Positions 17,597-27,536 of a DNA stretch of 64,000 bases are shown in pieces. Source of the stretch: Clostridiaceae bacterium (GTDB lineage: Bacteria; Bacillota; Clostridia; Peptostreptococcales; Tindalliaceae); NCBI GenBank assembly GCA_011390155.1, contig JAABSW010000001.1:58953-122952 (forward strand), given 5' to 3'. The notes beneath the pieces were generated by a model. It had not been told where the DNA came from and ran no database searches. It saw only the letters and a list, made by a program, of their open reading frames with translations. A program made the position numbers and the translations under genes. The number at the start of each line of letters is the position of its first letter. Position 1 is the stretch's first letter.

Positions 17597-18691
17597 ATGG
17601 AGGGAATTCAATTGAAAAAAGCGGAAGATCAAAACGCATTGAAAAACAGGTTTCAAGCCTCCTTATTGGGCGGGGCGATCGGTGATGCATTGGGCTATAC
17701 GGTGGAGTTTATGGCTATCACAGAAATATATGCCAAGTTTGGAGCCAACGGTATCACTGATGTGCAACCCGATGGCAGAACGGGTATGGTGTTGATCTCT
17801 GATGACACACAAATGACGCTTTTTACAGCAGATGGACTTCTGTGGGCTTTATCAAAGGTTGAAGAGCCGGTAAACATGAAAGAGGTTTTGTTTACCGCTG
17901 ATGGCCTGTACCCCTCGTATTTGAGATGGTACAATACACAGCAGGGAATTATGCCAACTGAAAGGCATCAGAAACTAATGGACAAACAACCACACGAACA
18001 TACGTTTAGTCTTCTTGATCAACCCGGCTTATTTGCCCGGAGGGCCCCGGGAAACACGTGTATATCCACCCTGGCCAGTGGTCTTATGGGCACCATGGAA
18101 AACCCTTTGAACCAGAGTAAGGGTTGCGGTGGGGTGATGAGGGTAGCCCCCATAGGATTACTGCTTCATGAAAGACCGGATCATGCTTTTCGTGTGGCAG
18201 CTGAAGCTGCTGCTGTGACACATGGACATGCCAGTGGGTATCTGGCAGCTGGTGCATTTGCTGCCATCGTGGCAGAGTTGGTCAATGAAAAGGAAATCTG
18301 CGAAGGCGTTGAGACTGCCTTAGGACTTTTGAAGAGTTATCGCTACCACGAGGAAACCAGTAAAGCCATTGAAAGGGCTGTCAATTTTGCTAAAAATTCA
18401 GAAAGACACGAAACGGCCATCATTGAACTGGGTGAGGGTTGGGTGGCAGAAGAAGCACTGGCCATTGGGATCTATTGTGCAATGAAGCGGAAAGACTTCA
18501 AGGCTGCACTGATCATGGCAGTGAACCATAGTGGAGACAGCGATTCTACGGGCGCCATTACGGGTACTCTATTGGGGGCCTATGGAGGTATGGACGTGAT
18601 TCCTGATGAATGGAAAACAGCAATCGAATTGAATGAGGTTATAATGACCATGGGCTTAAAGTTAGTGCAGAGTTTGAATAAATTCGATTAA
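17597..18691 (+). CDS. ADP-ribosylglycohydrolase-family protein
   Basis: GGAIGDALGYTVEF, ISDDTQMTLF and HSGDSDSTGAITGTLLGA are typical of the ARH/DraG fold. Confidence 0.85.
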   Translation: MEGIQLKKAEDQNALKNRFQASLLGGAIGDALGYTVEFMAITEIYAKFGANGITDVQPDGRTGMVLISDDTQMTLFTADGLLWALSKVEEPVNMKEVLFTADGLYPSYLRWYNTQQGIMPTERHQKLMDKQPHEHTFSLLDQPGLFARRAPGNTCISTLASGLMGTMENPLNQSKGCGGVMRVAPIGLLLHERPDHAFRVAAEAAAVTHGHASGYLAAGAFAAIVAELVNEKEICEGVETALGLLKSYRYHEETSKAIERAVNFAKNSERHETAIIELGEGWVAEEALAIGIYCAMKRKDFKAALIMAVNHSGDSDSTGAITGTLLGAYGGMDVIPDEWKTAIELNEVIMTMGLKLVQSLNKFD

Positions 18692-18792
18692 CAAATAGGC
18701 TTACTCATCTAGCCCTTTGTCTTCATTAAAATATGTTTACACTCTCAGGCTTGATCAATTGGATCAGGTCTTTTTTTGTTATTGATTGAGCG

Positions 18793-19941
18793 TTAAGAAA
18801 TTGGAGGAAGTGGGGATTGATTACGAAGCGTTGCTGCCAGTTGATCAGCCTCGGGGTGTTCCAGTGAGTTGAGCCAACTTTCATACGCTGCCCAGTCAGG
18901 TAGATCCTGCAGGTAACGGTTGAATAGAATGGTTTCCAAATTCCGTCTTATGCGGTGGAGGTGGGGGTTGTAAAAGTTCTCCTGGTTACGCCGCATCATG
19001 GACACCGTTAATGTGAGTGATCGCAGGGTTTTTTCCGTATCAAAAATCCTATACAATGTATCAGCAGATGGAGGAGCTTTTGTCTGAAGGTCTGGTTGCT
19101 CTGCCATGCCTTGGGCAATCAGGTATTTGGTGTAACCAATCATACATTCGTTACCAACACAACTCTGGCATGTATTGTTGTCCAGGCACATTTGGTTGAC
19201 GGCTTCATTAATCTGAAGGTAATAAACATGAAGTTCACGGGCTCTCCTGATAAAAGCACTATCCTTACCCAGTTTCCGCTGTTGAAGCAATTTATAAACC
19301 AGCCAGCTCATGGGTGACAACACCAGGAATGTATATGTGAGTAAGTGAATTGGTGTCAACCAGGTTTGGGGCAGCGTTTGCCATAATTTGGTGATGCCGA
19401 AAACAAGAAAAACACCTGCCGCCATGAGTTTGATAGCAAATTCGGGTATTCTGTCTCCCAGTTTTTTGCCTACAAATATACCCATACCACCTGTCACGAT
19501 CATGCCCGAGAGGGTGCCTGCAAGAATAAGGATTGGGTATAAAGCATCTACTGACAGGGTGATGGCAGTTAACTGTGTTTTATCACCTAACTCACCAATG
19601 AAAAAGGCGATGGCAACAGTAATGACGGGACCGTAGGGCTTGTCATCTTCATTTTCCCTATCATCTTCACCTGTCGGCTTCAATGTCCACAGGGCAAAAC
19701 CGATAAACGCAAACCCTGCTGTCATTTGGATGATGTCAAGAGGTATCAAGGTTGACAGTAAACTGCCCATGGCAACAGCCAAACCGTGATTCAGTAAGAC
19801 ACCAAAAAAGATGCCCAACAGCACCTTTTTGACGGGGTATTGTATTGCAAATGCCATGGCAAGTATTTGTGTTTTGTCACCCATTTCAGCGAGGAAAATG
19901 AGAAGAAAAGATGTAATGTATTCCTGAAGGATGGTGACCAC
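18793..19941 (-). CDS. UPF0016/GDT1 (TMEM165-like) cation transporter fused to a roughly 170-aa unassigned cytoplasmic C-terminal domain
   Basis: Two E-x-G-D-K-T motifs (AEMGDKTQ, GELGDKTQ) within about 6 TM helices. The soluble tail contains CLDNNTCQSCVGNEC. Confidence 0.75.
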   Translation of the reverse strand: MVTILQEYITSFLLIFLAEMGDKTQILAMAFAIQYPVKKVLLGIFFGVLLNHGLAVAMGSLLSTLIPLDIIQMTAGFAFIGFALWTLKPTGEDDRENEDDKPYGPVITVAIAFFIGELGDKTQLTAITLSVDALYPILILAGTLSGMIVTGGMGIFVGKKLGDRIPEFAIKLMAAGVFLVFGITKLWQTLPQTWLTPIHLLTYTFLVLSPMSWLVYKLLQQRKLGKDSAFIRRARELHVYYLQINEAVNQMCLDNNTCQSCVGNECMIGYTKYLIAQGMAEQPDLQTKAPPSADTLYRIFDTEKTLRSLTLTVSMMRRNQENFYNPHLHRIRRNLETILFNRYLQDLPDWAAYESWLNSLEHPEADQLAATLRNQSPLPPIS

Positions 19942-19973
19942 CTCCCAATAACTGGATCATCATATTTTTACTT

Positions 19974-21260
19974 TTAGTTAGCGTGTGGCATTTGTGCATC
20001 CTTACTTCCGTATATCGGGTTGGGATAATCATAAAAATCAGCTAAAAGTCTTTGTAAGGCAGGGCTTCGATTAAAAGCACTGTAGTTATAGAAAATACTT
20101 CCAGCCACACCTGAATAACCTTTGTTTAGGGTTAGCTGTCGGTTGATTTCATTCACACCATACCATGGGTGGATTGGATCGGTATTCCCGGTGCGATAAG
20201 CTGCGTGACCAATGTAAAGGTCAACAGAAGAAAATAATGTGGCACGATGCCACCAGTCTAGTAATACATGATAATCGGCGATATCAAAACCAATGTGCCA
20301 GTAAAGTTGTGGTGCGATATAGTCAATGGACCCTTCTCTAATCCATGTCAGTGGGTCTGCATAGTGTGAAAAGTAGGTTTGATTTCCACGGGTGGCACTG
20401 CCAAGGGGATGTGATGTGTCATTGGCCCATATGCCGAAAGGACTAATACCAAACCTGACCTGTCGGGGACCTTCCTGTATTGATCGATGCAAATCACGTA
20501 TCAACGTATTTACATTTTCCCTTCGCCAGTTTTTGATGGAATAAAATCCCTGGCCGTAAGTGCTAAAGGTGACAGCGTCATCAAAATCACTACCGGGGTA
20601 AAAATAATCATCAAAATGTATACCATCAATGGCATAGTTTTCGACAATTTCCATGACACTGTCAATCAACAACTTCCTTACCTGAGGAATACCCGGATCG
20701 AAATACAAATTGCCGTCTTTATGAGCCACCACCCATTCCGGGTTTGTTCGGGCAGGATGAGTGGCGGTAAGTGAAGCAAAGTCATGAGGGGGTTCATGAA
20801 TCGTTTTATTAGTGATACGGTAAGGGTTCAACCATGCGTGTAGTTCGATACCCCTAAGGTGGGCTTCTTCAATCCAAAAATCCAGGGGATCAAAGGCATC
20901 TGCCGGCGGAGTGCCCTGGGTGCCAGTAAGGTATTTTGACCATGGAAAATAAGCGGAAGGATAAAAAGCATCCGATGTGGGCCGCACCTGCAGAAAGACA
21001 GCATTTAGCCCGGTGTTTTTTGCTGTATCCAGTATGGCGATGGCTTCAGCTTTCAGCAGGGCTGGATCAGTGGTACCCTTTTTGGGATAATCGATGTTTA
21101 AAACGCTGGCCACCCAGATGCCTTTCATTGGTTCGGGTGGTTGTATTATTTCTGAATCAGGCAAGTCCTGGGTTTCAGCAAATGAAACAGAAAGCACAGC
21201 GCCAAGGCATATCATCATAATCAATAGTCTACTAGTCAGTTGAAGCATGAATTCACGCAT
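19974..21260 (-). CDS. Secreted glycoside-hydrolase-like family 10 (GHL10/YngK/DUF187-type) protein
   Basis: Signal-like N-terminus, then GIWVASVLNIDYPKK..., LNAVFLQVRPTSDAFYPS and HAWLNPYR. Start set at the ATG at 21260, after GGAGGTG. Confidence 0.75.
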   Translation of the reverse strand: MREFMLQLTSRLLIMMICLGAVLSVSFAETQDLPDSEIIQPPEPMKGIWVASVLNIDYPKKGTTDPALLKAEAIAILDTAKNTGLNAVFLQVRPTSDAFYPSAYFPWSKYLTGTQGTPPADAFDPLDFWIEEAHLRGIELHAWLNPYRITNKTIHEPPHDFASLTATHPARTNPEWVVAHKDGNLYFDPGIPQVRKLLIDSVMEIVENYAIDGIHFDDYFYPGSDFDDAVTFSTYGQGFYSIKNWRRENVNTLIRDLHRSIQEGPRQVRFGISPFGIWANDTSHPLGSATRGNQTYFSHYADPLTWIREGSIDYIAPQLYWHIGFDIADYHVLLDWWHRATLFSSVDLYIGHAAYRTGNTDPIHPWYGVNEINRQLTLNKGYSGVAGSIFYNYSAFNRSPALQRLLADFYDYPNPIYGSKDAQMPHAN

Positions 21261-21454
21261 TATCGAAACACCTCCTTGCTTATCATACCATAGGATGTTA
21301 TGAATCTGTATAAGCAATATAACGAATCAAAAAAATACTGGCAAATCACATTTGTTCTTCAATTGGATCAAGGGTATAATAAAATAGAAGAAATTCAATG
21401 TAATGCATCAATACAACAGAACAATTAAATAAAAGATAAAAAGGGGGATAAAAA

Positions 21455-22564
21455 GTGGAACATCAGTGGATCACAAAACGATTTAACGATTTATCCAACA
21501 TGATCGGAAACACACCTTTGCTGGAGTTAAAGCTTACATACAAAGGTGAAGAGAGAACGGTGTATGCCAAAGCTGAGTATTACAATCTAACCGGCAGCAT
21601 TAAAGACCGAATGGCGTTTCATGTGTTGCAAAAGGCTTATAAATCAGGAAAGCTGAAAAAAGGAGATAGAATTGTTGAAGCAACAAGCGGGAATACAGGC
21701 ATAGCTTTTTCGGCTATTGGCAGATCGTTAGGTCACCCTGTAACCATTTTTATGCCAAATTGGATGAGTCAGGAACGAATAAACCTGATTCGCAGTTACG
21801 GCGCAGACATTGAACTTGTCAGTAAGGAACAGGGAGGATTTTTAGGCAGTATTCAAATGACGGAAGATTTGGCGGAACACAATGAAGGTGTATTCTTGCC
21901 ACGACAGTTTTCCAATGAAGATAACAGTGAGGCCCATTATATGACCACTGGCCCCGAAATATGGTGGCAGCTTCAGGTTCGTGAAATTAAACCTGATGCC
22001 TTCGTGGCAGGTGTGGGAACTGGAGGCACTGTGATGGGAACGGGTCGCTTTCTGAAGGAGATGAACCCTGAGATTAAAATTTATCCTCTGGAACCTGCCA
22101 ATTCTCCAACCATGTCCACAGGACACAAGGTGGGTAGTCACCGGATTCAGGGAATATCCGATGAGTTTATTCCTTCCATCGTAGATCTGGGAGCGTTGGA
22201 TGAAGTGATCGACATTGATGATGGAGATGCCATTCTTATGACGCAACGACTGGCATCGGAGTTGGGTGTTGGCGTGGGTATATCATCCGGTGCCAATCTT
22301 TTGGGGGCATTAAAAGTGCAGGATATAATTGGTTCAGATAAAGTTGTGGTGACAATTTTCTCTGATGATAACAAAAAGTACCTGAGTACGGATTTGATGA
22401 AAGAAGAACCCATTAAAGACGGTTTTCTGTCGCCTCATGTGACCATTAAAAGCATGCGAACACTTAAAAGGGTTTGTTATACCTGTTGTGACCCCAATGG
22501 GTGTACAGACGTGGTAATGATGCCGGAATTGCCACCTTGTCCCTTGCGGCATTGCCGTCAGTAG
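21455..22564 (+). CDS. Cysteine synthase/CBS-family PLP enzyme with a roughly 55-aa Cys-rich C-terminal extension
   Basis: PLP-lysine motif [18 protein letters not shown] and GVGTGGT. The tail is [30 protein letters not shown]. Confidence 0.8.
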   Translation: MEHQWITKRFNDLSNMIGNTPLLELKLTYKGEERTVYAKAEYYNLTGSIKDRMAFHVLQKAYKSGKLKKGDRIVEATSGNTGIAFSAIGRSLGHPVTIFMPNWMSQERINLIRSYGADIELVSKEQGGFLGSIQMTEDLAEHNEGVFLPRQFSNEDNSEAHYMTTGPEIWWQLQVREIKPDAFVAGVGTGGTVMGTGRFLKEMNPEIKIYPLEPANSPTMSTGHKVGSHRIQGISDEFIPSIVDLGALDEVIDIDDGDAILMTQRLASELGVGVGISSGANLLGALKVQDIIGSDKVVVTIFSDDNKKYLSTDLMKEEPIKDGFLSPHVTIKSMRTLKRVCYTCCDPNGCTDVVMMPELPPCPLRHCRQ

Positions 22565-22617
22565 TATAAATGAAATGAAATTAACCGTACATTTTTCAAA
22601 CAGAATCCTGTTTATCC

Positions 22618-22652
22618 AGAACCCTTCACAAACCATGTGAGGGGTTCTTTCT
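22618..22652 (+). terminator. Rho-independent terminator after the cysK-like gene
   Basis: 13-bp stem AGAACCCTTCACA / TGTGAGGGGTTCT (one wobble pair), followed by a T-rich run. Confidence 0.6.
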
Positions 22653-22713
22653 GAATGTGGGCGCTTGTCTAATCGGTTAATATAACTATCATTAGGGTAT
22701 GATTTATTAAGCG

Positions 22714-24552
22714 ATGTTGTGCGACAGACTGGGGTTTAATACCAAGTGGAAAGAGGCGTTGATCGTGGATGGATCAATCATAACAGTGCTGTTTATTTTA
22801 GCAACGGCAGTGATTCTTCTGATCACTGACATGGTTCGCATTGATCTTGTGGCCATTATGGTCATGCTTGTTTTAGGATGGACTGGTATTTTAAGTGCCA
22901 ACGAAGCATTCGCCGGGTTTGCCAGTAATGCAGTGATTGCCATGATGGGGGTTATGATCATCAGCCAGGGACTTGCCAACACTGGCATTATACTTCGCCT
23001 GTCACAATTTATTATGAAAAAAATCAGTGATAATCAAAAGATGATTGTGTTAACAGTCTCCTTGATGGCAGGCGTGCTGTCTGGTATTTTAATCACCGTT
23101 GGGGTAGCAGCTCTTTTCTTACCTGTGATGCTTCAAATTTCAAGACAGCGTAGAATACCTGCTTCAGACTTGTTAATCCCCATGGGCTTTTCAGCCATGC
23201 TGGGCGCCAACCTGACCATGGTGGGTTCAGCCCCATTGATTGTGCTGAACGATCTCCTCCTCTCAGGTGGTATGGCACCCTATGGTCTTTTGGGAGTCGC
23301 GCCAGTGGGAGTAGTTCTTCTGGTGGTTGGTTCGTTATATTTCTGGTTTCTGGGCAAAAAAATTCTTCCGGATACATCGGGAAAAGCTGCTTCTTCCTAC
23401 CAGGAGCAGTTGATGGAAACACTGCATCTACACAGGCGAATACACCATTATAGAATTCCAGCCCATTGCCCTATGGATGGAAAAACCATTGATGAAGTTG
23501 ACATCTGGAAACGCTTCCATCTACACGTATTGGCCCTTGCAAATGATAAAAAGGTTCAATACATACCTTGGCGTGGTACAACTTTTCAACCTGGGCAGAC
23601 CATGGCATTATTGGGAGATTCATCAGAAGCCAGGCAATTTGCGGAAGAATGTGGACTGGAAAAAGCAGAAACCCGGGACACCTTTGCTACACTACAGGAT
23701 TTGGGCAGCGCAGGTTTTGCAGAAGTCATTGTAACACCACGGTCTGAAATGGCCGACAATACACTTCGTGAATTCTCACTGAGGAAAAAATATGCCGTGG
23801 AACCTTTGATTCTCTTCAGCCAGGGAGAAGAAGTAAGGGATGATTTTTCAGATCACAAGATTAAGCAGGGGGACACGCTGGTTGTTTATGGATTGTGGCA
23901 AGATGTGAACCAGATGAAAGACAGCGGCGACTTTATAGTCGTAACCCCTTTCTCCACATCGAAACATACTCCCCAAAAAACGCCTCAGGCAGTAATCTGT
24001 CTGGTGGCGGCAGTCGTCTTGACCCTAATGGGATACCCTGTTTCACTGGCTTTCTTTACAAGTGCAATCGTCATGGTCCTGGTGGGGGTTATTAACATCC
24101 AGGAAGCCTATAAAGCCATTGAATGGAAAGTGATTTTTTTGTTAGCAGGTTTGATCCCTTTGGGAACGGCCATGGATAAAAGTGGAACAGCGGAATGGAT
24201 TGCCCAGAGTATTATGGGACTCATTGAAGGAAAGCACCACTTGTTCTTTATCGTGACAGTTGCCGCATTGGCTTCATTTTTTTCATTGTTTATGTCTAAC
24301 GTGGGAGCAGTGGTAGTGTTGACACCGCTGGTGATCAGCATGTCTTCCATGGCAGAACTGGATCCAAGGCCAATGGTGTTGTTGGCAGCAGTTTGTGCTT
24401 CAAACGCTTTCATTCTACCCACACATCAGGTGAATGCTTTATTGCTTTCGCCGGGCGGATACAAAAACCGTGATTTTATGAAGGCAGGAAGTGGTATGAC
24501 TCTGATCTATCTTGTGGTAACAGTTTCATATTTTTACCTGTTTATGAACTAA
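22714..24552 (+). CDS. SLC13/DASS-type permease with central TrkA-C (RCK_C) domains
   Basis: 612 aa. Hydrophobic N- and C-terminal halves flank a roughly 190-aa soluble insert with two TrkA-C-like repeats (GKTIDEVDIWKRFHLHVLAL..., NTLREFSLRKKYAVEPLILF...). Confidence 0.75.
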   Translation: MLCDRLGFNTKWKEALIVDGSIITVLFILATAVILLITDMVRIDLVAIMVMLVLGWTGILSANEAFAGFASNAVIAMMGVMIISQGLANTGIILRLSQFIMKKISDNQKMIVLTVSLMAGVLSGILITVGVAALFLPVMLQISRQRRIPASDLLIPMGFSAMLGANLTMVGSAPLIVLNDLLLSGGMAPYGLLGVAPVGVVLLVVGSLYFWFLGKKILPDTSGKAASSYQEQLMETLHLHRRIHHYRIPAHCPMDGKTIDEVDIWKRFHLHVLALANDKKVQYIPWRGTTFQPGQTMALLGDSSEARQFAEECGLEKAETRDTFATLQDLGSAGFAEVIVTPRSEMADNTLREFSLRKKYAVEPLILFSQGEEVRDDFSDHKIKQGDTLVVYGLWQDVNQMKDSGDFIVVTPFSTSKHTPQKTPQAVICLVAAVVLTLMGYPVSLAFFTSAIVMVLVGVINIQEAYKAIEWKVIFLLAGLIPLGTAMDKSGTAEWIAQSIMGLIEGKHHLFFIVTVAALASFFSLFMSNVGAVVVLTPLVISMSSMAELDPRPMVLLAAVCASNAFILPTHQVNALLLSPGGYKNRDFMKAGSGMTLIYLVVTVSYFYLFMN

Positions 24553-24668
24553 TGACTCACTTTGTTGAACCCCAGACGCTCGAAGAAATAAGTCCTCATG
24601 GATAAGATTTTTCACAGGGAACCGAAAAAATTCACTGAAATAAGACGGTTAGACAAGGAGGTTAAGTC

Positions 24669-25190
24669 ATGCGTTTTCTGACTGCCCTACGTTGGTCTCC
24701 CTATTTGGTGGGAGTGGGTATAGGCATACTAAGCTGGGCAAGTTTTTATTTTTCTGATAAACCCATTGCAAGTTCCACTACCTTTGCCAAGGCCAGCGGA
24801 AAGATTGAACGCTTGTTCCGTGGCCCGCAGGTGGCGAATAAGCCTTATTATAAGAAAATAGGGTTAGAGATTGATTGGCAGTGGATGTTGGTGACGGGGA
24901 TTATTCTCGGGTCGTTTTTATCAGCCCAGTTGTCAGGGGATTTTCATCTACAGTGGGTGCCTAAAACGTGGGACTATGCTTTTGGTTCAAATCCCATGTT
25001 GCGACTAGTGGGGGCTATCCTGGGTGGTGTTTTTCTTGGATATGGCGCCCGGTGGGCAGATGGTTGTACCAGTGGACATGGCATCAGCGGAGCCTTGCAG
25101 CTAACTATTTCCAGTTGGGTTTCAGCCATATGCTTCTTCCTGGGAGGTATTCTTACTGCTCACTTACTTTTCAATTTCATTGGAATATAG
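24669..25190 (+). CDS. YeeE/YedE-family sulfur/selenium-compound transporter, half-size subunit 1
   Basis: GARWADGCTSGHGISG motif with 4 TM helices. Confidence 0.8.
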   Translation: MRFLTALRWSPYLVGVGIGILSWASFYFSDKPIASSTTFAKASGKIERLFRGPQVANKPYYKKIGLEIDWQWMLVTGIILGSFLSAQLSGDFHLQWVPKTWDYAFGSNPMLRLVGAILGGVFLGYGARWADGCTSGHGISGALQLTISSWVSAICFFLGGILTAHLLFNFIGI

Positions 25191-25227
25191 CAGGTGATGG
25201 TTAATGGTTATAAGGGGTGAAATAAGA

Positions 25228-25788
25228 ATGAATGAAGAAAAAAAACTATTTGGCATAAAAGTGCAACTGCTCCGTGGATTGTTAATGGGAGTTATATTCG
25301 GGTTTCTGCTTCAAAAGGGGGGTGCCACTAACTATGATGTCATTGTGGGACAGTTGCTCTTAAGAGATCATACTGTGTTAAAAATAATGTTGTCTGCCGT
25401 TGCCACTGGTATGGTGGGCGTGTATTACATGAAAAACAAAGGATGGATAAAACTGCACCCTAAAAAAGGATCCGTCGGTCAAAACGTGATTGGAGGACTT
25501 ATTTTCGGTGCAGGATTTGCCATTCTGGGCTATTGCCCAGGAACCATCGCAGGAGCCGTCGGCAATGGATATCTGGACGCTGTGGTGGGAGGCGTTGCGG
25601 GAATCATGATCGGCGCAGGTATCTTTGCGGCACATTACCCATATCTCAATAAAACAATTTTGAAAAAAGGCAATTACGGTGATGTTTCGCTGCCTGAACT
25701 GCTTGGGGTGAATGATTGGGTCGCGGTGGTCCCCGTTGCATCATTGATTATTCTTCTTTTGTACTGGATGGAAACGTTGGCGCTGTAG
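25228..25788 (+). CDS. YeeE/YedE-family transporter, half-size subunit 2
   Basis: GFAILGYCPGTIAGAVG motif. Start set at the ATG at 25228 (MNEEKKLFGIK...). Confidence 0.8.
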   Translation: MNEEKKLFGIKVQLLRGLLMGVIFGFLLQKGGATNYDVIVGQLLLRDHTVLKIMLSAVATGMVGVYYMKNKGWIKLHPKKGSVGQNVIGGLIFGAGFAILGYCPGTIAGAVGNGYLDAVVGGVAGIMIGAGIFAAHYPYLNKTILKKGNYGDVSLPELLGVNDWVAVVPVASLIILLLYWMETLAL

Positions 25789-25890
25789 CCTTTTACGCTA
25801 CTGATCAGGGATCCGATTGATGGACAAATGTTTTATTTTTCATAATAGTGTATTATAATAAGCACATCTACTTTGTTAGGAGGAGATTTT

Positions 25891-26268
25891 ATGAAAAGAA
25901 ACTCATTTACTGCCGCTGGCGCTGTGGCTGTTGGTCCCTATTCTCATGCAGTTGATGCTGATGGATTTATTTTTTTATCAGGCCAGACACCGCTTGACCC
26001 TTCAACCGAAAAGTTGGTGGAAGGAGGCATTCAGGAACAGACGAAACAATGTTTTGTTAATCTTTTCAAAGTACTGGAAGCTTGCGGATTAACACCTGAT
26101 GATGTCCAGAAGGTGAACGTTTATTTAACTGACATGGGCACTTTTTCACAGATGAACGAAGTATACGCTCAGCAATTTTCGCAACCCTACCCGGCACGCA
26201 CCACCATTGGAGTGGCAGCCCTTCCGTTGGGAGCTCAGATTGAGATTGAACTCATTGCCAAAAGATAA
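25891..26268 (+). CDS. ridA: RidA/YjgF-family reactive-intermediate deaminase
   Basis: AVGPYSHAV...FLSGQ...ARTTIGVAALPLGAQIEIE. RBS AGGAGG precedes the ATG at 25891. Confidence 0.85.
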   Translation: MKRNSFTAAGAVAVGPYSHAVDADGFIFLSGQTPLDPSTEKLVEGGIQEQTKQCFVNLFKVLEACGLTPDDVQKVNVYLTDMGTFSQMNEVYAQQFSQPYPARTTIGVAALPLGAQIEIELIAKR

Positions 26269-26338
26269 TCTTTGAGGGTTACGTAAATCATCATATAAAG
26301 TGATCATAATAGTAAGAATAATGTGGGAGTGAAAGCAG

Positions 26339-27535
26339 ATGGCGCATCGGTTTATTGCTAAAAAATATTGGGAAGATCAATCCACACCCATGGGTGCTGT
26401 GGATCAACTGGCAAAAAAATATGAGGGCGTGATTAATCTAAGCCTGGGGGATCCTGACCAGACCACCGATGAGGGAATCATTCGCTTTGCTTTCCAGGAA
26501 GCCCTGGAAGGTCATACCCATTACACGGATTTTCGCGGAGACCCTGAATTGAGGGCTGAAATTGGAAAATACTATTTGGAAGAATATGACGCAAGTGTGG
26601 ATGACTCAGAAATTATGGTGACGGCCAGTGCCTGTTTGGCCATGTACCTGGTGCTTGAATCAGTCCTTGATCCAGGGGATGAGGTTATTTTGCCAGCCCC
26701 TTATTTTACACCTTACTACCAGCAGGTGAAGTTGGCAGGGGGTGTGCCGGTGGAACTGGACACATTTGAAGCAGATGATTTTCAAATGAATCTTAAACAG
26801 TTGGAAAAAGCCATCAACAGTTGTACTAAAGCCATCATTGTTAACTCTCCCAGCAACCCCACCGGGGCAGTGTACAGTGATAAAACACTGATGGCAATTG
26901 GCGAAATAGCAGAAAGGCACAATTTATTGATCATTGCCGATGAGATCTATGGAGCTTACGTGTTCAACGGTACATTTCAGTCAATGATCAAAAAAAAACA
27001 CCTTCGTGAACGACTGGTAATCATAAACAGTTTTTCAAAGGATTTCACCATGACAGGCTGGCGTGTGGGAAATATCATTGCATCTCCTGAAATCATAAGA
27101 ATTTGTCAACAGGTGAATGAAAATGTGGTATTTACAGCTCCCTCCATATCCCAGCGAGCAGCCATTTATGCCTTGAGAAACAGAAGGACCATTCAACCTC
27201 CAGCTGTCAGCTTATACAAGGAACGCGTGTTATACGCCGCCCGCCGCATCAATAAAATACCATGGATGAGTGTGTTGCCACCACAGGGAACTTTTTATCT
27301 TTTTATCAACATAAAACAAACAGGTTGTTCATCTCAAAAGGCAAGTGAAGTGATTTTAGACCAGGCACAAGTGCTCACAATTCCAGGAAGTGCTTTTGGA
27401 CACTGTGGCGAAGGTTACTTGCGCATCGCCTGTACCGTGGATACTGGTGTTTTGGCAGAGGCTTTTGACAGGATGATGAAAATTGAGTGGTCTGGATGCA
27501 AACCGAAAATTCATGGTGAAGGAAATGAGGAATGA
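26339..27535 (+). CDS. Class I/II PLP-dependent aminotransferase
   Basis: NSPSNPTG and SFSKDFTMTGWRVG (PLP lysine). Confidence 0.85.
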   Translation: MAHRFIAKKYWEDQSTPMGAVDQLAKKYEGVINLSLGDPDQTTDEGIIRFAFQEALEGHTHYTDFRGDPELRAEIGKYYLEEYDASVDDSEIMVTASACLAMYLVLESVLDPGDEVILPAPYFTPYYQQVKLAGGVPVELDTFEADDFQMNLKQLEKAINSCTKAIIVNSPSNPTGAVYSDKTLMAIGEIAERHNLLIIADEIYGAYVFNGTFQSMIKKKHLRERLVIINSFSKDFTMTGWRVGNIIASPEIIRICQQVNENVVFTAPSISQRAAIYALRNRRTIQPPAVSLYKERVLYAARRINKIPWMSVLPPQGTFYLFINIKQTGCSSQKASEVILDQAQVLTIPGSAFGHCGEGYLRIACTVDTGVLAEAFDRMMKIEWSGCKPKIHGEGNEE

Positions 27536-27536
27536 C

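Noticed and set aside
19942-19973. Possible yybP-ykoY Mn2+ riboswitch ahead of the UPF0016 transporter
   Set aside because: Only 32 nt separate it from the upstream co-directional GHL10 gene. That is too short for the element, and none of its conserved sequence is present.
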